Below are positions 1-9,237 of a stretch of DNA of 64,000 nucleotides, piece after piece (the first letter of the stretch is position 1; each line of letters starts with the position of its first letter). Location of the stretch: positions 586,378 through 650,377 of the forward strand of contig CAWFGP010000001.1 of assembly GCA_963815515.1 (NCBI GenBank), written 5' to 3'. The notes below the pieces were generated by a model. It saw only the letters and a list, made by a program, of their open reading frames with translations, was not told the DNA's origin and ran no database searches. A program made the position numbers and the translations under genes. This stretch comes from an uncultured Gemmatimonadales bacterium. GTDB lineage: Bacteria > Gemmatimonadota > Gemmatimonadetes > Gemmatimonadales > GWC2-71-9.

Positions 1-602
1 TCCACGATGGCGCCGGAGGCGTCCACCACGATCTCGCACCCGGCGGGTACCTGGAACACGTCGCGATCCAGCGTCGCGTTACTCGGGACGTAGCAGTACG
101 TCAGGTACTCGATCAGGCCGCGCGGCGAGATCCCGCCGGGAATCAGCCCGGGTCCCTGAAGATCTCGGGCGCGGGAGGCAAAGAGCAGGTTGGGACCGGC
201 CTGTCCATAGTACAACGCTTCCGCGCCGACCCGATCGCGCACCAGATGCAGCCGTCGCCGACGCCCGTCGAACCAGGCACAGGCGAACGAACCGTCGACC
301 TCGGCGAGACAGGCGAGTCCGCGCTCGGAGAGTCGCGCCAGCAGCGTCGCGGCGAGGGCTGTCGGCCGGTTCCCGTTCCGGGCGGTGTCGTCGTGGAAGA
401 GATGACCTGACACCACCAGCCAGGAGCCCGAGGTGGGATCCGTCGCCACCCGCTGCTCGGAATCGAGCGCCCGGACCGCCCAGGGACGGACCGCGGCCGC
501 GACCCCCTCGTCGCCGACCCATTCCACCGGTCCCTCCCCCTGCCACCCGGCGATCAATCCGGCTCGGGACGCCGCGACCGGGCCTATTGCGCCTACGAAC
601 AC
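1..602 (-). CDS. asparagine synthase (AsnB)-like protein, N-terminal part only; the gene runs off the left edge
   Basis: Not in the ORF track because it has no stop in the window. My reverse-strand translation from GTG (codon 600-602) gives FVGAIGP...WLVVSGHLFHDD...EVDGSFACAWFDGRRRRLHLVRDRVGAEALYYG...LLFASRARDL...LTYCYVPS, the class-II glutamine amidotransferase / AsnB N-domain pattern. It is bounded upstream by the in-frame TAA at 618-620. Confidence 0.55.
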   Translation of the reverse strand, partial: MFVGAIGPVAASRAGLIAGWQGEGPVEWVGDEGVAAAVRPWAVRALDSEQRVATDPTSGSWLVVSGHLFHDDTARNGNRPTALAATLLARLSERGLACLAEVDGSFACAWFDGRRRRLHLVRDRVGAEALYYGQAGPNLLFASRARDLQGPGLIPGGISPRGLIEYLTYCYVPSNATLDRDVFQVPAGCEIVVDASGAIV

Positions 603-617
603 GAAGCCCTCCGAAGG

Positions 618-1610
618 TTAGTGCCCATCAGCCGCGGCGTGGGCCGGTCGCTGCTCCATGGATTCCCACACCCGACGAAACCCATCGACGATCCCGACGG
701 AGGGAGCGAAACCGAACTCACGCCGCGCGCGGGAAATATCGAACGCGTTCTGGTTGGTGAAGAAGGCCAGCGTGCGACGGGAAATCGGCGGCGCCGCGCC
801 GACGACGCGGCACAAGAGCTCCGCGCTCAGTCCCGCGGCGTAGCCGAGCGCCATCGGCACCCGTATCCCGGCCCGGCCGCCGGTCACCTGCTCGGCGGCT
901 CGAACCAGCTCGCTGGACGTCAGGTAGGCCGGGCCGGCCAGCACGTACGTGCGCCCGAAGGTATGCGGTTGGAGCATGACCTGGGCGACGCCTTCGACGT
1001 AGTCGTCGATGTAGATCGGATGACGGTGATTGCGGCCGGTGCCGAACGTCACGAATCGACCGCGGGCCACGGCGGCGAGAATCCGCTCGGTGCGCGGATC
1101 GCCCGGACCGTACACCCAGGCCGGCCGAACGATAGTGACGCCCAGGGGCGGCGCATCGGGGAGGAAACGCGTCACCTCAGCCTCGCCCGCGGCCTTCGTC
1201 TTCTCGTACAGGTTTTCCGGAACGAACGGTGAATCCTCGTCCCCGGGGATCACGGCCAGCGAGCCGTGGACGCCGACGCTGCTGGTATGCACGAAGTGCT
1301 TGACGCCGGCGGCCCGAGCCGCCTCCAGGAACGGCCGAAGGCTCTTGACGTTGGTCTCCCAGTATGCGCTTTCGGGCAGGTTCACCTGGAGATGCGCACT
1401 GGCGAGGTGTACGATCACCTCGGCGCGCTCGATCGACGATCGCCACTGATCCAGGGCGCGCAGGTCGGCCGTTACAACGTCGACCCCCGGTGGCGGCGAT
1501 TCCCGCGGCGGCGTGACGTCGAGGGCGGTGACCTGCCAGCCGCGCCGCTGCAAGCCGATGACCATGGCGCGCCCGATGAACCCCTGGGCGCCGGTGACGA
1601 GCACTCTCAT
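618..1610 (-). CDS. NAD-dependent epimerase/dehydratase (extended SDR)
   Basis: 330-aa ORF with an N-terminal Rossmann motif VLVTGAQGFIGRAM, the catalytic YEKTK (YxxxK) and a PAWVYGPGD segment typical of sugar epimerases. Confidence 0.85.
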   Translation of the reverse strand: MRVLVTGAQGFIGRAMVIGLQRRGWQVTALDVTPPRESPPPGVDVVTADLRALDQWRSSIERAEVIVHLASAHLQVNLPESAYWETNVKSLRPFLEAARAAGVKHFVHTSSVGVHGSLAVIPGDEDSPFVPENLYEKTKAAGEAEVTRFLPDAPPLGVTIVRPAWVYGPGDPRTERILAAVARGRFVTFGTGRNHRHPIYIDDYVEGVAQVMLQPHTFGRTYVLAGPAYLTSSELVRAAEQVTGGRAGIRVPMALGYAAGLSAELLCRVVGAAPPISRRTLAFFTNQNAFDISRARREFGFAPSVGIVDGFRRVWESMEQRPAHAAADGH

Positions 1611-1619
1611 GCCGCGCCT

Positions 1620-2468
1620 CTACTTGGAGGGCTTCTGGCCCACCACGGCGACGGCGTAGCCCGTGGTGAAAGGCGCGAAGAAGACATCGAGCGACGAGAG
1701 CGCCCGGCAGATCGGGTAGATCGCGCTGTAGAGCTTGAGGGTCTTCTCGACCTTGCGCACCTGGTCCTTTGACGATGGCGCGATCGGGCCCACGCCGTGC
1801 TCGCCTTCAGCCGGAGCGGCACCCTGCTTCCGCTTGCTGAGGAACTTGACGTAGGCAAGGTTGATGCCGAGCTCGATCATCTCGGTGGGGAACTGGGAAT
1901 AGCTTCCCGACTCGTCGGCGCGGAACCCGGCGTCACTCAGCATCTGGCTGTGTTCCTGAATGGTGTACCCCACGCGGGCGTGGCCGTACGCGTCCTTGGT
2001 CATGCCCACCAGATCCTTGATCCGGACGGCGAGTTTGCGGAGATCGCCGTTCGGGGTCGTCACGATCGCGCGGCCGCCCGGACGCACGATGCGGAACAGC
2101 TCGCGGTTGAGCGGGCGCGGCTCCGCGAGATGCTCATGGACGTCGATGACCACGACGGCGTCGAAGGTGCCGTCGGGGAAGTTGAGATGGTCGGGGTCAC
2201 AGTGCACCACCGACTCCCTCAGGAGCTCCGCCATCTCAGGAATCGAAGAGGCTTCGCACTCTCCCCAGGTCCAGTGGCCGCCCCACTCACGGCACATCAC
2301 GTTCATCGCGCCGTTGTTGTCGCCGTTGGTGAGCAACAGCAGCCGGTCGTCCCGTGCCGGCGTACCCAGCAGACGGTGCAGCAGCGCCAGCTTCTGCCTC
2401 TTCTTGAGGGTCTTGTCGAACAGCCGGAGCTGCCATGGCCGCTCGGCGGGCGCGCTCGCTGGAGGCAT
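1620..2468 (-). CDS. class I SAM-dependent methyltransferase (probable)
   Basis: 282-aa ORF. FDAVVVIDVHEHLAEPRPLNRELFRIVRPGGRAIVTTPN matches the Methyltransf_11-type post-II/III region. Motif I is atypical. Confidence 0.65.
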   Translation of the reverse strand: MPPASAPAERPWQLRLFDKTLKKRQKLALLHRLLGTPARDDRLLLLTNGDNNGAMNVMCREWGGHWTWGECEASSIPEMAELLRESVVHCDPDHLNFPDGTFDAVVVIDVHEHLAEPRPLNRELFRIVRPGGRAIVTTPNGDLRKLAVRIKDLVGMTKDAYGHARVGYTIQEHSQMLSDAGFRADESGSYSQFPTEMIELGINLAYVKFLSKRKQGAAPAEGEHGVGPIAPSSKDQVRKVEKTLKLYSAIYPICRALSSLDVFFAPFTTGYAVAVVGQKPSK

Positions 2469-2483
2469 TCCAGGCGATTCCTT

Positions 2484-4163
2484 TCAGCTGGAGTAAGCCG
2501 GGACGACACCCCGGAGTGCGGAGTCGGTGCGATCGAGCTCGGACTCGGTACGCTGGCTGCTCCACCCAAGTCGGGAAGCCATCAGGTTGGCGCAGCGGAT
2601 GAGGGCGTCGCGGCCGGGGTGGCCCCCGGCGGCGAGCTGGGTGCGACGAAGGACCACGTCGCTCAGGTGCCAGGCCATCTCCTGCTCGACGCCGAAGGCC
2701 ACCTCGGCGGCGATCGTCGGCGAGCCGTCGGCCAGGCCCCGCCCGAGCTCCGGCTCCCGCCGCACGTATTCGAGGATGTCGCGAACCGCCGTGCCGTAGT
2801 TCTCCAGCAGGTGCCCCATCGACGCGGGGGACACGGTGTGGGGTCGGCCGGCATCCTCGGCGCGAACGAAGCGGTCGAAGTCCTCGATGTCCCCGCCGTG
2901 GACTGGTACCTCCCCTGGGCGTGAGTGAGCGCCCCCGCGGAGACGGCTCTCGACGATATCCACCGCGGCCTCTGCGGCGGCGCGTGACGTAGTCCACTTT
3001 ACCCCGACGATCGACACCAGCCCCTCCGTCCCCTCCGGCGCATGGTCATGAACCTTCGAATGCTTGACCAGCTGGACCTCCCTGCCGTCGGGCCGGGGCT
3101 CCTCCGGCAGCATGCCTCCCAGCACCCCGAGCACGTCGTGCCTCGCCAGGTCGACGCCGGGACAGGCCGCGTTGATCTCCCCGAGGAAGAGCTGGATGTC
3201 GTCCTCGGTGACGCCAAACTCGTCGGGGTCGCCGGTGTAGCGGAGGTGCCGAGTGCCGATCAGCGAAAACTGCTTCCAAGGCACCACGAAGAACAACCGG
3301 TCACCCTTGTTGAGCAAGGCGTCGGCGTCACGGAACGCGGTCGGGACCGTGAATCCGATCGCGCGGTCGCCGTAGAGCCGGCGCGTGACCAGATTGAACG
3401 CCTTCGAGGGATGAAAGCGGCGCGGGGTTTCCGTCGGCAGCCGCCGGAGCAGCCGATCCACCCACGGGCCCGCGGCATTGACCACCGTTCGGCCGCGAAC
3501 CTCGAACATGTCCCCGGTGTGCCGGTCGCGGGCCGCCACACCGAGCACGCGGCGACCTTCGAGCAGGAGGTCGGTGGCCTCGACGTAATTGGCGCACTCG
3601 GCCCCCGTCGCGACCGCCGAGTGGAGATACGCCAGCGCGAGCCGCTCGGTGTTGGCCACCTGGCAGTCGTACCAGATTGCTCCGCCGCTCAGGCGAGTCG
3701 TGTCCAGCCCTGGTACCATCGCCGCGATGTCCTCGCGTCCGATGACCTCGCCCGGGGGAATCCGGCGCCCCGGCATGGCGCCCGTGCTGCGGTCGAACCC
3801 GATCGCGTCGTTGATCAGCAGCGCCGCTCGCATCACCGACTTGCTGTGCAGGCCGAAGCCGTAGGTCGGCAGGACGAACGCGAGCGGGTGAACCAGGTGG
3901 GGCGCCACCCGAAGCAGTCGGGCCCGCTCTCGAATCGACTCACGCATCCGGCCGATATCGGCGTGCTGCAGGTATCGCAGGCCACCGTGAATCGTCTTGA
4001 GGCTGTTGGACGACGTCGCCCCGACGAAGTCCCCGCGCTCCAGCAGGCAGGCCGAGAGCCCACGTCGCGCGGCCTCGTGGAGCGCGCAGATCCCGTAAAT
4101 CCCGCCTCCGATCACCAGCACGTCGAAGGTCGATCGCGAGAGGGCGGAGAGATCTCGCCTCAT
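2484..4163 (-). CDS. FAD-dependent glycerol-3-phosphate dehydrogenase/oxidase-like oxidoreductase
   Basis: FDVLVIGGGIYGICALHEAARRG (FAD dinucleotide fold) followed by SSNSLKTIHGGLRYLQ (GlpD-type signature). I place the start at ATG 4163, whose ATGA overlaps the stop of the upstream gene. The 135 codons further upstream in the 694-aa ORF are R/P/G-rich and look non-coding. Confidence 0.8.
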   Translation of the reverse strand: MRRDLSALSRSTFDVLVIGGGIYGICALHEAARRGLSACLLERGDFVGATSSNSLKTIHGGLRYLQHADIGRMRESIRERARLLRVAPHLVHPLAFVLPTYGFGLHSKSVMRAALLINDAIGFDRSTGAMPGRRIPPGEVIGREDIAAMVPGLDTTRLSGGAIWYDCQVANTERLALAYLHSAVATGAECANYVEATDLLLEGRRVLGVAARDRHTGDMFEVRGRTVVNAAGPWVDRLLRRLPTETPRRFHPSKAFNLVTRRLYGDRAIGFTVPTAFRDADALLNKGDRLFFVVPWKQFSLIGTRHLRYTGDPDEFGVTEDDIQLFLGEINAACPGVDLARHDVLGVLGGMLPEEPRPDGREVQLVKHSKVHDHAPEGTEGLVSIVGVKWTTSRAAAEAAVDIVESRLRGGAHSRPGEVPVHGGDIEDFDRFVRAEDAGRPHTVSPASMGHLLENYGTAVRDILEYVRREPELGRGLADGSPTIAAEVAFGVEQEMAWHLSDVVLRRTQLAAGGHPGRDALIRCANLMASRLGWSSQRTESELDRTDSALRGVVPAYSS

Positions 4164-5042
4164 CGAGCGCCCGATGTCGCGGGGGACGGGGGGGCCGTGC
4201 GCCGTCGCTTCCGTTGCTGCATCGCGACCTGGTTCCGCACAAATGGGAGGGTCCGCTCCAGCCTGCCGAAGGGGGTCAGTCGGGACGTTGGGTCGCGGAG
4301 CGCCGCCTTGATCCCCTCGCCGGGATGGGCGGGATCGAGCCGCCCTTCGAGTCGGAAACCGAACGTCCCCGCCCGTCCGACCTGGGAGGGGAAGGGGAGG
4401 GGGTCGGTGCCCTGAAGGACCTTGATGCCTCTCCGATTCGCTTCCACGAAATGCTGTGGCGTGGACCAGAAGAAGGGACGGCCGGCGCCGTCGCCCAGGA
4501 AGAACCCCTCGTCCGAGCGTTGGGTCGCGAGAATGCTGCTGAGAAGGCGTCCTCGACGGAAGAGCCATTTGCCGGCGCCCCAGGGGATCACGCGAAGGGC
4601 GCCGAGGCGGGCGCCCTCAGCCATGACTTCGGGCAGTGAGCCACCATCGGGCACCATCGCCCGGGTACCGAGCATCAGCACCTCCAGTCCTTCCCGCGCC
4701 ACGACCTGTCTGCCGGCCACGAGCAGGAGGCGTCGGTTGCCGCTGCGAGCCTCGAGTACCGTGGGATCCGTGGTTGCGAAAATGGTCCAGGGCGCGATCG
4801 ACGCGGCGTCCGGGGCTTCATCGACGAGCCGCGCGAGGCGGCCGAACCAGTCCACACCCTCCGATTCCGTCAGCATCAGAACGCCGAGCGGCGCTGGCCA
4901 TCCGTGCTCGCGCGCCGCCGACTCGAAATTGCGGCGTGCCGACTCCAGAAAGATGGCCGGCGGGAAGCAGTCGTGCAGATGGACATGGGCGTCGATCAGT
5001 AGCGGCAGGTCGTGTCCAGTCTCACTTTGCAAGACGGGCTCC
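4160..5042 (-). CDS. hypothetical protein, possible metal-dependent hydrolase (HxH motif)
   Basis: The ORF frame runs 4160-5308. The conserved-looking part begins LPLLIDAHVHLHDCF (amidohydrolase/PHP-like HxH). The start is uncertain: TTG at 5042 is preceded by GGGAG at about 6 nt, and the longest ORF (ATG 5308) adds an R/G/P-rich tail. Confidence 0.4.
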
Positions 5043-5242
5043 CGGCATATGGGGGCGGAGTGTGTGAGCCGTGCGGCGTCCGGGCGGCCACGGACGGGGG
5101 AAAGGTAGCAGGCCGGGCGTCCGGCATCTACGCCGGCTCCTCGCCGGCCCAGGCGCCACGCGTCCGTCGTGCGCTCAGGGGCTCGGGGGATGCCAGGAAC
5201 GAGCTGGCGCGAGCATTCGAGGAGCAGTGGAGGTAGCTTACT

Positions 5243-5258
5243 GTGCAAGACTTTGCAC
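5243..5258. promoter_or_regulatory. palindrome GTGCAA-gact-TTGCAC in a divergent promoter region (candidate operator)
   Basis: Perfect 6-bp inverted arms with a 4-nt spacer, between the minus-strand biosynthetic operon and the plus-strand response regulator. Confidence 0.2.
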
Positions 5259-5322
5259 GGTCCTCCGCACACACGCCCGGCGGGTAAATTGGCCCCTTCG
5301 TCTCCCATCTGAGGCTCTCGCC

Positions 5323-5763
5323 ATGGACATCTGCTCCGACCGGGCCACCCGGCCGCTCATCGTCGTGGTGGACGATGCACCTCACGCGCGGGCCCTCCTG
5401 TCGCGCGCGCTCACCCAGGCCGGCTACGATGTCCTGACCGCCCCCGACGGTCTCAGCGCGGTCGGGCTGATCCAACGGCATCAGGTGCTTCCGAACCTCG
5501 TGATCACCGACCTCCACATGCCGATGCTGCGAGGCGAGCAGCTCGCCTACTGGCTGCACCAGCACTTTCCCCAAATTCCGGTCCTGTTCATGTCCGCGTT
5601 CGAATATGAGGGCGGCGCGGAGCTGGGCGGACACTTGCTCACGAAGCCGTTCATGACGGACGAGCTCCTCGCCGCGGTCACCCACCTCCTCGGCTTGAGT
5701 GGTGGGAAAGAGCGACCGCGTGACGAACCCGTGACGAGCCTCTCGGCGACACGGCACGTGTGA
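5323..5763 (+). CDS. single-domain response regulator (CheY-like receiver)
   Basis: LIVVVDDAPHAR...LVITDLHMPMLRGEQL...VLFMSAF...LTKPF is the receiver D-D-K pattern. ATG at 5323; the upstream part of the 230-aa ORF is low-complexity. Confidence 0.85.
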   Translation: MDICSDRATRPLIVVVDDAPHARALLSRALTQAGYDVLTAPDGLSAVGLIQRHQVLPNLVITDLHMPMLRGEQLAYWLHQHFPQIPVLFMSAFEYEGGAELGGHLLTKPFMTDELLAAVTHLLGLSGGKERPRDEPVTSLSATRHV

Positions 5764-5850
5764 TCATTCTGAGGTTGGCTGTGGTGCCGTGGCGAAAGCG
5801 CCCGCCGTGACGTGATCGTACCCGACTCGGCGCGCTTCCCTCCCAGCTCG

Positions 5851-7875
5851 TCACCGCCACGCCAGCGGCGCCGTAAGTGTATAAGGCGTGAACGGCTTGC
5901 TCACCAGCACCGCGTCGGTGCCCAGCAGCTCCCGCTCCTCAAGCACGCTGTCGGTGTATCCCGACATGAACACGACCCGGACGTCCGGCCGGAGCTCCCG
6001 CACCGCCGCGGCCAGGGCTGGTCCCGTCATGCCCGGCATCACCACGTCGGCCAGCAGTACGTCCACCGGCTGCGACAGATCGCCCGCGATCGCCAGGGCG
6101 TGCTCGGTCGTCGTTGCCGGCACCACCGTGTAACCTGCCCGCGCCAGGATGCGCGCGGCGAGGGCGCGGACCGCCTCGTCATCCTCGGCGAGCAGCACGA
6201 CGCCCTGGCCCGGGACGATCTCGGCGGTGTCGGCCGGACCGCTGGCGGCCACGATGGCCGTATCGGGCACCCGCGGCAGGTAGATCTTGAACGTCGTGCC
6301 GTATCCCGGCTCGCTGTAGACGAAGATGTTGCCCCGGCTCTGCTTCACGATGCCGTACACGGTGGCGAGGCCGAGGCCGGTGCCTTTGCCCAGCGCCTTG
6401 GTGGTGAAGAACGGCTCGAAGATCCGGGGAATCGTGTCCGTCGGAATGCCGACGCCCGTGTCGCTCACGCACAGCATCACATAGGGGCCCGGCACGATGG
6501 CCATGTGCAGCCCGGCGTAGTCGGCGCCGAGGTCGACGTTCCGGGTCTCGATGGTGAGGACGCCGCCCGACGGCATGGCATCGCGCGCGTTGACCGCGAG
6601 GTTGAGGACCACCTGCTCCAGCTGGTTGGGATCGACCCAGACCAGGCCGAGGCCTTCGGTCGGCGTGAACCGGACCTCCACCTGTTCGCCGAGCAGCCGC
6701 CGGACCAGGCGGAGCCAGTCGGTCAGCGCCGTATCGAGGTTGACCGCCGCGGGCTGGCGGACCTGCCGGCGGCTGAAGGACAGGAGCTGGCGTGTCAGGC
6801 GGGTGGCGCGCTCGCCGGCGTCCTCGATCTCCGCGAGGTACTCGTGGCGGGTATCCTCCTCGTCGAGCTCCGCCCTCAACAGTGAGCAGTTGCCCTGGAT
6901 GGCGGTGAGCAGGTTGTTGAAGTCGTGCGCGATCCCGCCGGCCAGCTGTCCGACCGCCTCCATCTTCTGCGCCTGCCGTAACTGCTGCTCCAGGCTACGC
7001 TGTTCGGTCGCGTCGTGCTGAACGGCCACGTAGTGCGTCGTGCGGCCGGCGGCGTCGCGCAGAGGCGCCACCCGCAAGCTCATCAGGAACTCGCTGCCGT
7101 CCCGCCGATAGTTGGTGGTTTCTCCGGTGAACGTCTCGCCCGCCTCGAGCGTGTGCCGGAGCCGGACGAGCAGGTCGCGGTCGGTGTGGGGGCCCTGCAG
7201 AACGCGCGGCGTCTGTCCCAGGAGATCATCGAGGGCATAGCCCGTCATCGCCGTGAGCGCGGGGTTCGCGAACACGATGCGCGGGCCGGGCGGATCGAGC
7301 TGGGACGTCGTGATGGTGAATGCATCGCTCGCCTGGGCAACCGCCGACTCGAGCAGGCGGAGCGAGGCATTGGCGCGCGCGAGCTCAGACGTGCGCTGCT
7401 CGACCCGCTGCTCCAGGTCGGCCTGGGTGTCCCGCAGCAGCTTTTCCGCGCGCAGCCGGTCGCCCACCTCCGCCGCGAGGGCGGCGTTTGCGGCCTGAAG
7501 CTGCGTCGGGCTCGGGAGCGCCACCATCTGCGGCACCAGCCGGCTGAGCAGCATCGCGGTGGGCACGGACGCCGCGGCCGTCAGGGCTTTGACGGCGCCG
7601 GTCGTCCACCAGCTCGGGACCCAGATGTTGAGGACGGCCAGCCAGTGCGTGGCCCCGCATGCCAGGATGAAGAGGGCAAAGCACCACATCATCCAGTTGA
7701 ACGGCACATCTCGGCGCAGGCGCAGGAAGCGGGCGAGCGTGAACGGAATCGAGACGTAGGCAGCGCCGATCAGTGCATCCGAGCCGGCGTGCAGCCACAG
7801 GAGGCCTGGCTGCCACAGGTAGCAGACGCCATGTGGGAGCTCCGCGGCGTGCTGGACAATCATCTCGATGGTCAT
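5851..7875 (-). CDS. hybrid sensor histidine kinase: ETR1-like ethylene-binding-type membrane domain, coiled coil, PAS, HisKA, HATPase and receiver
   Basis: N-terminus [16 protein letters not shown]...[31 protein letters not shown] region [20 protein letters not shown]-box [15 protein letters not shown]-box [11 protein letters not shown]-boxes DTGVGI and [14 protein letters not shown]-terminal receiver [11 protein letters not shown]...[10 protein letters not shown]...SKPF. Confidence 0.9.
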   Translation of the reverse strand: MTIEMIVQHAAELPHGVCYLWQPGLLWLHAGSDALIGAAYVSIPFTLARFLRLRRDVPFNWMMWCFALFILACGATHWLAVLNIWVPSWWTTGAVKALTAAASVPTAMLLSRLVPQMVALPSPTQLQAANAALAAEVGDRLRAEKLLRDTQADLEQRVEQRTSELARANASLRLLESAVAQASDAFTITTSQLDPPGPRIVFANPALTAMTGYALDDLLGQTPRVLQGPHTDRDLLVRLRHTLEAGETFTGETTNYRRDGSEFLMSLRVAPLRDAAGRTTHYVAVQHDATEQRSLEQQLRQAQKMEAVGQLAGGIAHDFNNLLTAIQGNCSLLRAELDEEDTRHEYLAEIEDAGERATRLTRQLLSFSRRQVRQPAAVNLDTALTDWLRLVRRLLGEQVEVRFTPTEGLGLVWVDPNQLEQVVLNLAVNARDAMPSGGVLTIETRNVDLGADYAGLHMAIVPGPYVMLCVSDTGVGIPTDTIPRIFEPFFTTKALGKGTGLGLATVYGIVKQSRGNIFVYSEPGYGTTFKIYLPRVPDTAIVAASGPADTAEIVPGQGVVLLAEDDEAVRALAARILARAGYTVVPATTTEHALAIAGDLSQPVDVLLADVVMPGMTGPALAAAVRELRPDVRVVFMSGYTDSVLEERELLGTDAVLVSKPFTPYTLTAPLAWR

Positions 7876-7924
7876 AGGGTACCTCCGGCGTACCGACCAC
7901 CATCGTCAGTTGTAGGAATGGATG

Positions 7925-7934
7925 TACAATTGTA
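7925..7934. promoter_or_regulatory. perfect 10-bp palindrome TACAATTGTA in an AT-richer divergent promoter region
   Basis: Read directly from the sequence. It lies between the kinase start (7875, minus) and the phosphoesterase gene (plus). Confidence 0.2.
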
Positions 7935-8211
7935 AGGTATCCGTCGACAGCCGCCGCGCCACCGGGGCTCGGCGCGTCGGGGACCCCCTGCTGATCGGCG
8001 GCAACCTGTCACTGCTTCATGGCCCTACCCGTTCCCGAGGGCGCGCCATCGCCCCGCGCCTGATCCTCGGGGGGCGGCGGCGCTGGTATCGGCGTGCACC
8101 TCGGCGCTGAAGCCCGCCACGCTCCCGGCGCCGGTCGCCCCGATCGACAGCATCGACCTGGCCCTGTTCCTCATCGGCGATGCCGGCAGCCCGGCCTATG
8201 ACAAGGAGCCC

Positions 8212-9237
8212 GTGCTGCAGGAGCTCGCGCGTCAGGCGGACTCGCTGCGGCAGGTCCGGCAGTACGTGGTCTTCCTGGGCGACAACGTGTACCCGCGCGG
8301 GGTGCCGGTGGTCGCCGATCCGAGCCGCCTGGATGCCGAGCGGAGGTTGTCCGCCCTGGTCATGGCCATCCGGAAGGGAGCGGCCGAGGGTTTTCTGGTG
8401 CCGGGGAACCACGACTGGGACCGCCAGGGACGCGATGGCTGGAACGCGATCCGGCGGCAGGACAGCCTGGTGAGCCAGTGGGGTGGTGGCCAGGTGCGCC
8501 TGCTGCCACACGGCGGATGCCCGGGTCCGGAGGTCGTCGACGTGGGGGAGCATCTCCGGCTGATCGCGCTGGACAGCGAATGGTGGGTTCACAACGACGT
8601 GCGGCCGTACGGCCCCAAGGCGCCGTGCCCGACCCGGACCGAAGCGGAGGTGACCGACTCGCTGCTCGGCGCGCTCCGGGACAAGGGCCGCCGGTATGCG
8701 ATCGTGGTCGACCATCATCCGCTCCGGTCGGGTGGGGAGCACGGCGGAACGTTCACGTGGAGCGACCACATCTTCCCGCTGCGCAATATCCAATCCTGGC
8801 TCTGGATCCCGCTCCCGATCATCGGCGAGCTGTACCCGCTGGCGCGGAGGAACGGGTTTACGAACCAGGACATCAGCGGCCGCAAGTACCAGCTGATGGC
8901 CCGGGCGTGGGAGCGGGTGTTCGCCCGTCACCCGCCGCTCGCGATCGCCTCGGGCCACGACCACGATCTGCAGGTGATCCGGGGCGGCAAGCCGGGGATC
9001 ACCCACGCCGGCTATCAGTTCGTGAGCGGCGCCGGCTACCTGGGCCATTCCGGCCTGGTGCGGAAGATCGAGGGGTCGCTGTTCGAGCGGGACGCCGCCG
9101 GATTCATGCGCCTGGATTTCACGCACGACGGCCGGGTGCGGCTTTCGGTCACGACGGTGGTGCCGGCGGGGACCCGGCCCAAAGGCGAGAGCGCGGAGGT
9201 GTTCTCGCTCTGGCTCAGCGTCGGCGGTACACCGTAA
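8212..9237 (+). CDS. calcineurin-like metallophosphoesterase (the 5' end probably lies upstream of the called start)
   Basis: VVFLGDNVYPRG (motif II) and VPGNHDWD (motif III). Motif I (LFLIGDAG) and a lipoprotein-like AAALVSAC are encoded in the same frame upstream of GTG 8212, with no ATG/GTG/TTG available; see finding. Confidence 0.75.
   Translation: MLQELARQADSLRQVRQYVVFLGDNVYPRGVPVVADPSRLDAERRLSALVMAIRKGAAEGFLVPGNHDWDRQGRDGWNAIRRQDSLVSQWGGGQVRLLPHGGCPGPEVVDVGEHLRLIALDSEWWVHNDVRPYGPKAPCPTRTEAEVTDSLLGALRDKGRRYAIVVDHHPLRSGGEHGGTFTWSDHIFPLRNIQSWLWIPLPIIGELYPLARRNGFTNQDISGRKYQLMARAWERVFARHPPLAIASGHDHDLQVIRGGKPGITHAGYQFVSGAGYLGHSGLVRKIEGSLFERDAAGFMRLDFTHDGRVRLSVTTVVPAGTRPKGESAEVFSLWLSVGGTP

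Noticed and set aside
79-546. 155-aa minus-strand ORF (MAGGGTGGMGRRRGG...)
   Set aside because: Arg/Gly junk composition. A different minus-strand frame over the same DNA gives a clean AsnB-like translation.
7921-7936. LexA-box-like sequence (GTAC-AATT-GTAA, resembling the GTAC-N4-GTAC type)
   Set aside because: One half-site is mismatched, the flanks do not fit the consensus I remember, and the downstream genes are not SOS genes. It is kept only as a generic palindrome.
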